64,000 nucleotides of DNA from Felis catus (taxonomy: Eukaryota). Below, piece after piece: positions 62,910 through 64,000 of this stretch. Within the stretch, counting starts at the first letter, position 1. The number at the start of each line of letters is the position of its first letter. The translations under genes were made by a program, and so were the position numbers. The stretch covers positions 176,888,001-176,952,000 of the forward strand of contig NC_058368.1 in NCBI RefSeq assembly GCF_018350175.1, in the 5' to 3' direction. Below the pieces are notes generated by a model. That model was not told the DNA's origin and searched no databases. It saw only the letters and a program-made list of their open reading frames with translations.

Positions 62910-64000
62910 TTTTTTTTTAAATTTTTTAAATTTATTTTTTATAATTTATAACCAAGTTAGTTAGCACATGGTGCAACAATGATTTCAGGAGTAGATTCAT
63001 TCGTTAAGCCCCTTACCCATTTAGCCCATTCTCCCTCCAACAACCCCTCCAGCAACTCTCTGTTCTCTATATTTAAGAGTTTCTTATGTTTTGTCCCCCT
63101 CCCCGTTTTTATATTATATTTGCTTCCCTTCCCTTAAGTTCATCTGTTTTGTATCGTAAAGTCCTCATATGAGTGAAGTCAGATATTTGTCTTTCTCTGA
63201 CTAATCTCGCTTAGCATAATACCCTCTAGTTCCATCCACATAGTTGCAAATGGCAAGATTTCATTATGATTCCTGAGTAATACTCCATTGTATGTATATA
63301 CCACATCTTTATCCATTCATCCATCAATGGATATTTGGGATCTTTCCATACTTTGGCTATTGTTGATAGTGCTGCTATAAACATTGGGGTGCATGTGTCC
63401 CTTCAAAACGGCATACCTGTATCCCTTGGATAAATATTTCATAGTGCAATTGCTGGGTCATAGGGTAGTTCTACATTTTAATTTTTTGAGGAACCTCCAT
63501 ACTGTTTTTCAGAATGGCTGCACCAGTTTGCATTCCTACCAGCAGTGCAAAAGAGATCCTCTTTCTCCGCATCCTAAAATCATCTATTGTTGACTGAGTT
63601 GTTAATGTTAGCCATTCTGATAGGTATGAGGTGGTATCTCAGTGTGGTTTTAATTTGTATTTCCCAGATGATGAGTGATGTTGAGCATTTTTTCATGTGC
63701 CAGTTGACCATCTGGATGTCTTCTTTGGAGAAGTGTCTATTCATGTGTTTTGCCCATTTCTTCACTGGGTTATTTATTTTTGAATGTTGAGTTTGGTAAG
63801 TTCTCTAGAGATTTTGGATACTAACCCTTTATCTGATATGTCGTTTGCAAATATCTTGTCCCATTCCGTCGGTTGCCTTTTAGCTTTGCTGATTGTTTCC
63901 TTTGCTTTTTATTTTGATGAGGCCCCAGTAGTTCATTTTTGCTTTGGTTTCTCTTGCCTCTGGAGATGTGTTGAGTAAGAAGTTACTGCAGCCAAGACAA
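62910..64000 (-). mobile_element. Felid L1 3' end, running off the window
   Basis: ORF 63580..63765 ([45 protein letters not shown]) is L1 ORF2p. T-rich tail at 62910. Confidence 0.95.

Larger units (their letters stand above)
59579..64000 (+). other. UBTD2: UBTD2 intron 2 (partial; exon 3 is outside the window)
   Basis: Starts GTAGGT. No sequence encoding the expected continuation (ALTECYDELG... and the ubiquitin-like domain) is seen before the window end. Confidence 0.9.

Overview
Mammalian genomic DNA, almost certainly from a felid: it carries roughly 65 tRNA-derived CAN-SINEs by eye count (including young SINEC_Fc-type copies) and cat-type L1 3' ends. The only protein-coding gene I can support is the 5' part of UBTD2 (ubiquitin domain-containing protein 2, DC-UbP) on the + strand. 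It has a CpG-island promoter (~17270-18420), coding exon 1 (ATG 18010-18079), a 41,262-bp intron 1 and exon 2 (59342-59578). The last coding exon lies beyond the window. The rest is mostly transposon-derived: L1s of several ages, L2/MIR, MaLR and ERVL LTRs, an ERV solo-LTR-like element, Tigger and MER5 DNA-transposon relics, and microsatellites. Nearly all ORFs in the supplied track are spurious (SINE, L1 or GC-rich shadow frames). I found no convincing novel multi-gene system. The best leads are about splicing and transposons: a frame-symmetric exon 2 bracketed by inverted SINEs (a circRNA with an endless ORF), a +4 tandem donor at exon 1, an L1-LTR-poly(A) composite that creates a strong cryptic acceptor, and an LTR41-like CTCF motif upstream. 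Repeat family names come from my recollection of consensus sequences and need RepeatMasker/Dfam confirmation. Repeat boundaries are approximate unless TSD or TIR coordinates are given.
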